From Chiloscyllium plagiosum (Eukaryota): a stretch of 64,000 nt of DNA. The notes under the pieces were generated by a model, which saw only the letters and a list, made by a program, of their open reading frames with translations, was not told the DNA's origin and made no database searches. Position 1 is the first letter of the stretch; each line of letters opens with the position of its first letter. The position numbers were made by a program, and so were the translations under genes. Location of the stretch: NCBI RefSeq assembly GCF_004010195.1, contig NC_057731.1, positions 50,274,579 through 50,338,578 on the forward strand. Direction: 5' to 3'. This document shows, one piece after another, positions 61,946 to 64,000 of this stretch.

Positions 61946-62432
61946 ACAGAGCACTAACAAAGCAGATCATCCATATGGAAGCAGCTATAGCTATGTGGTT
62001 AAATTAAGATTGACGTTTTGCTAGTGGATTTGTAGTTTAAAAGAAAAACCCACAGTCACATTTTTCTGCAGTGTTGTTCTAAAAATACAACTATTCTCAG
62101 AGCTTCAGGGTCTCATTTATTGCTACCTAAGATTTTTTTAATGAAACAGTTTACCTATTTAAAATGCAGTGTGTACTCAGTCAAGTATTGACAGTCTGGA
62201 GCTTTCCCATGTGATTGATTTTATTTCTCCTGGACAAGGTAGATAAAGGAAAATTGGTGCCTTGTTTTATGGATAGGGATTAGAAAGCTGTTGGATGGAT
62301 TAGTGTAGAGGAGGTAGAGTCCGTTTCTCCTCGGAGCAATCTAGGTTTGTTCAATACATTGCATCAGTTGTATGACATTTTGAACTTTTATTATAAATTC
62401 TGTGTCCTATAGTCGTGCCCTACTAGCTGTCT

Positions 62433-62522
62433 AGTGAAGGTGCAATGTTCCAAAAGCTTGTACTTCTAAATAAACTTGTTAGACTGTAACTTGGTGTTGT
62501 GTGATTTTTTTTAACTTTGTCC
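62433..62522 (+). mobile_element. PLE family C decayed fragment
   Basis: aaataaacttgttagactgtaacttggtgttgtgtgattttt..aactttgt. Confidence 0.65.
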
Positions 62523-62944
62523 CCTAGGGTTGATATAGGAGACCACAACACCAGATCCTGCTAGCTTAGATGGAGGTCACCACTCAGGTAAATGCAGTAT
62601 GGACAGTCCAGAGAAATGGCCAGCTGTGCAGCAGGAAGCTCAATGATCGTCTCTAGTCTGCTAAGGCAAGAGCCACCATCTTCTTTCTGCAACCTCATCA
62701 CCACTCTAATTCTGCTGCTGCATTGAACCCCCACCAAAGGTCATGCTGTATTTCTCACTGATATATACAACATTTCACCTCATTCACTCAATCTCACCCA
62801 GGCCAATCTGCACACTGCTAATCCTGAATGTCCTCTGCACAGTTTACTTGTCACTCTCTTACTCAATCTTGATATCTTGTGACCTTTCCCTCACCTGCAC
62901 AGCACTAACAGCTAAATCACACACTAGACTCCATGCTGACAAAA

Positions 62945-63722
62945 ATGTCCATCCACGCTAACCCCATTTCCCTACACTTGGCCCATATCCATCTAAACCT
63001 TTCCTATCCATGTATTTTCCCAATGCCTTTTAAATATTGCTATAGTACCCGCCTCAACAACTTCTACTGGCAGCTCATTCCATATGCGTACCACCCTCTG
63101 TGTAATAAAGTTGCCCTTCAGCTCCCCTTTTATTCTTTCCCCTCTAACCTTAAATTGATGCCCTCTAGTCCTGGATTCCCCAATGATTGAAAAAAGATTG
63201 AGTAGATTTCCCCTATCCATGCCTCTCATGATCTTATATACTTCTATAAGATCACCCCTCAGACTCCTATGCTCTAAAGAAAAAAGTCCTGGCTTGTCCA
63301 ACCTGTCCATATAACTCAGATCCTAGAATCCTGGCAACATCCTTGTAAATTTCTTCTGCACTCTTTCCAGTTTATTAACATCCTTCCTATAGCAAGATGA
63401 CCAAAACTGAACACAATACTCCAAGTGCAGCCTCACCAATGTCCTGTACAACTGCAACACAACTTCCCAACTTCCATACTCAATGTCCTGACTGATGAAG
63501 GCCAGTGTGCCCAAAGCCTTCTTCACTGCCTTGTCTACCTGTGACTCCACTATGCACCTGAACTCCAAGGTCCCTCTGTTCCACTACACTCCTTAAGTCC
63601 TACCATTCACCATGAAACTCCTACCTTGATTTGACTTTCCAAAATGCAACACCTCACACTTATCTATATTAAACTCCATTTGCCATTTCTCCGCCCACCT
63701 CCTGGCTGATCAAGGACCATGC
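62945..63722 (-). mobile_element. CR1 LINE 3' portion
   Basis: LYRTLVRLHLEYCVQFWS..KLERVQKKFTRMLPG and RGDLIEVYKIMRGMDR..WNELP. Confidence 0.9.
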
Positions 63723-63894
63723 ATCTCACTCCAGGCCTCCCTTCTCTTGTTTCAGGAGAAAACAGCCCAGAAATGTGGTGAGGCTGCTCACTATAAAGCT
63801 GCTGATCCTCTACAAGGAGGGAATCTTGGTCCTTGCTGGAGAAGGCGGGGGTCACTCCTGTGGAGGTGCTGAAACATCTATGTTCCTGCTTAAT

Positions 63895-64000
63895 GAAAGT
63901 GAGGACTGTAGATGCTGGAGATTAGAGTCGAGAGTGTGGTGCTAGGAAAGCACAGCAGGTCAGGTCGCATCCGAGGAGCAGGAGAGTTGACATTTTGGGC
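63895..64000 (-). mobile_element. PLE family A terminus (runs off the window)
   Basis: aaagtgaggactgtagatgctggaga..cacagcaggtcaggtcgcatccgaggagcagg, as at 44283. Confidence 0.8.

Noticed and set aside
1-64000. Exons of expected neighbours (GOT1, SLC25A28)
   Set aside because: No recognisable coding sequence for them in the ORF track or by inspection. Short exons could have been missed.

Overview
Eukaryotic genomic DNA, very probably from a shark. The taxon is inferred from HE1/V-SINEs, Deu-domain SINE relics, HER1/CR1 LINEs and chondrichthyan-type Penelope repeats. The only intact protein-coding gene is a two-exon NKX2-3 homeobox gene on the minus strand (CDS 33227-32894 and 31671-31037, 322 aa). 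It has a CpG-rich CCAAT/CRE/GC-box promoter and several transposon-poor, motif-dense blocks that are candidate enhancers. The flanks are mostly transposon debris: two nested Gmr1-type Gypsy LTR elements (integrase placed before RT, one with an inverted RNase H segment), many CR1, L2 and Rex1 LINE fragments, and SINEs. At least four Penelope-like families are present; their short fold-back insertions carry minimal hammerhead-ribozyme cores, two of them intact. Other structure includes a near-identical tandem duplication with a 2599-bp period anchored on a minisatellite, a 130-bp duplication, a degenerate tandem array abutting the promoter, a strong CTCF-like motif and a 235-N assembly gap. Most ORFs in the track are spurious or transposon relics. 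Repeat-family assignments come from recognised motifs rather than database searches, and many repeat boundaries are approximate.
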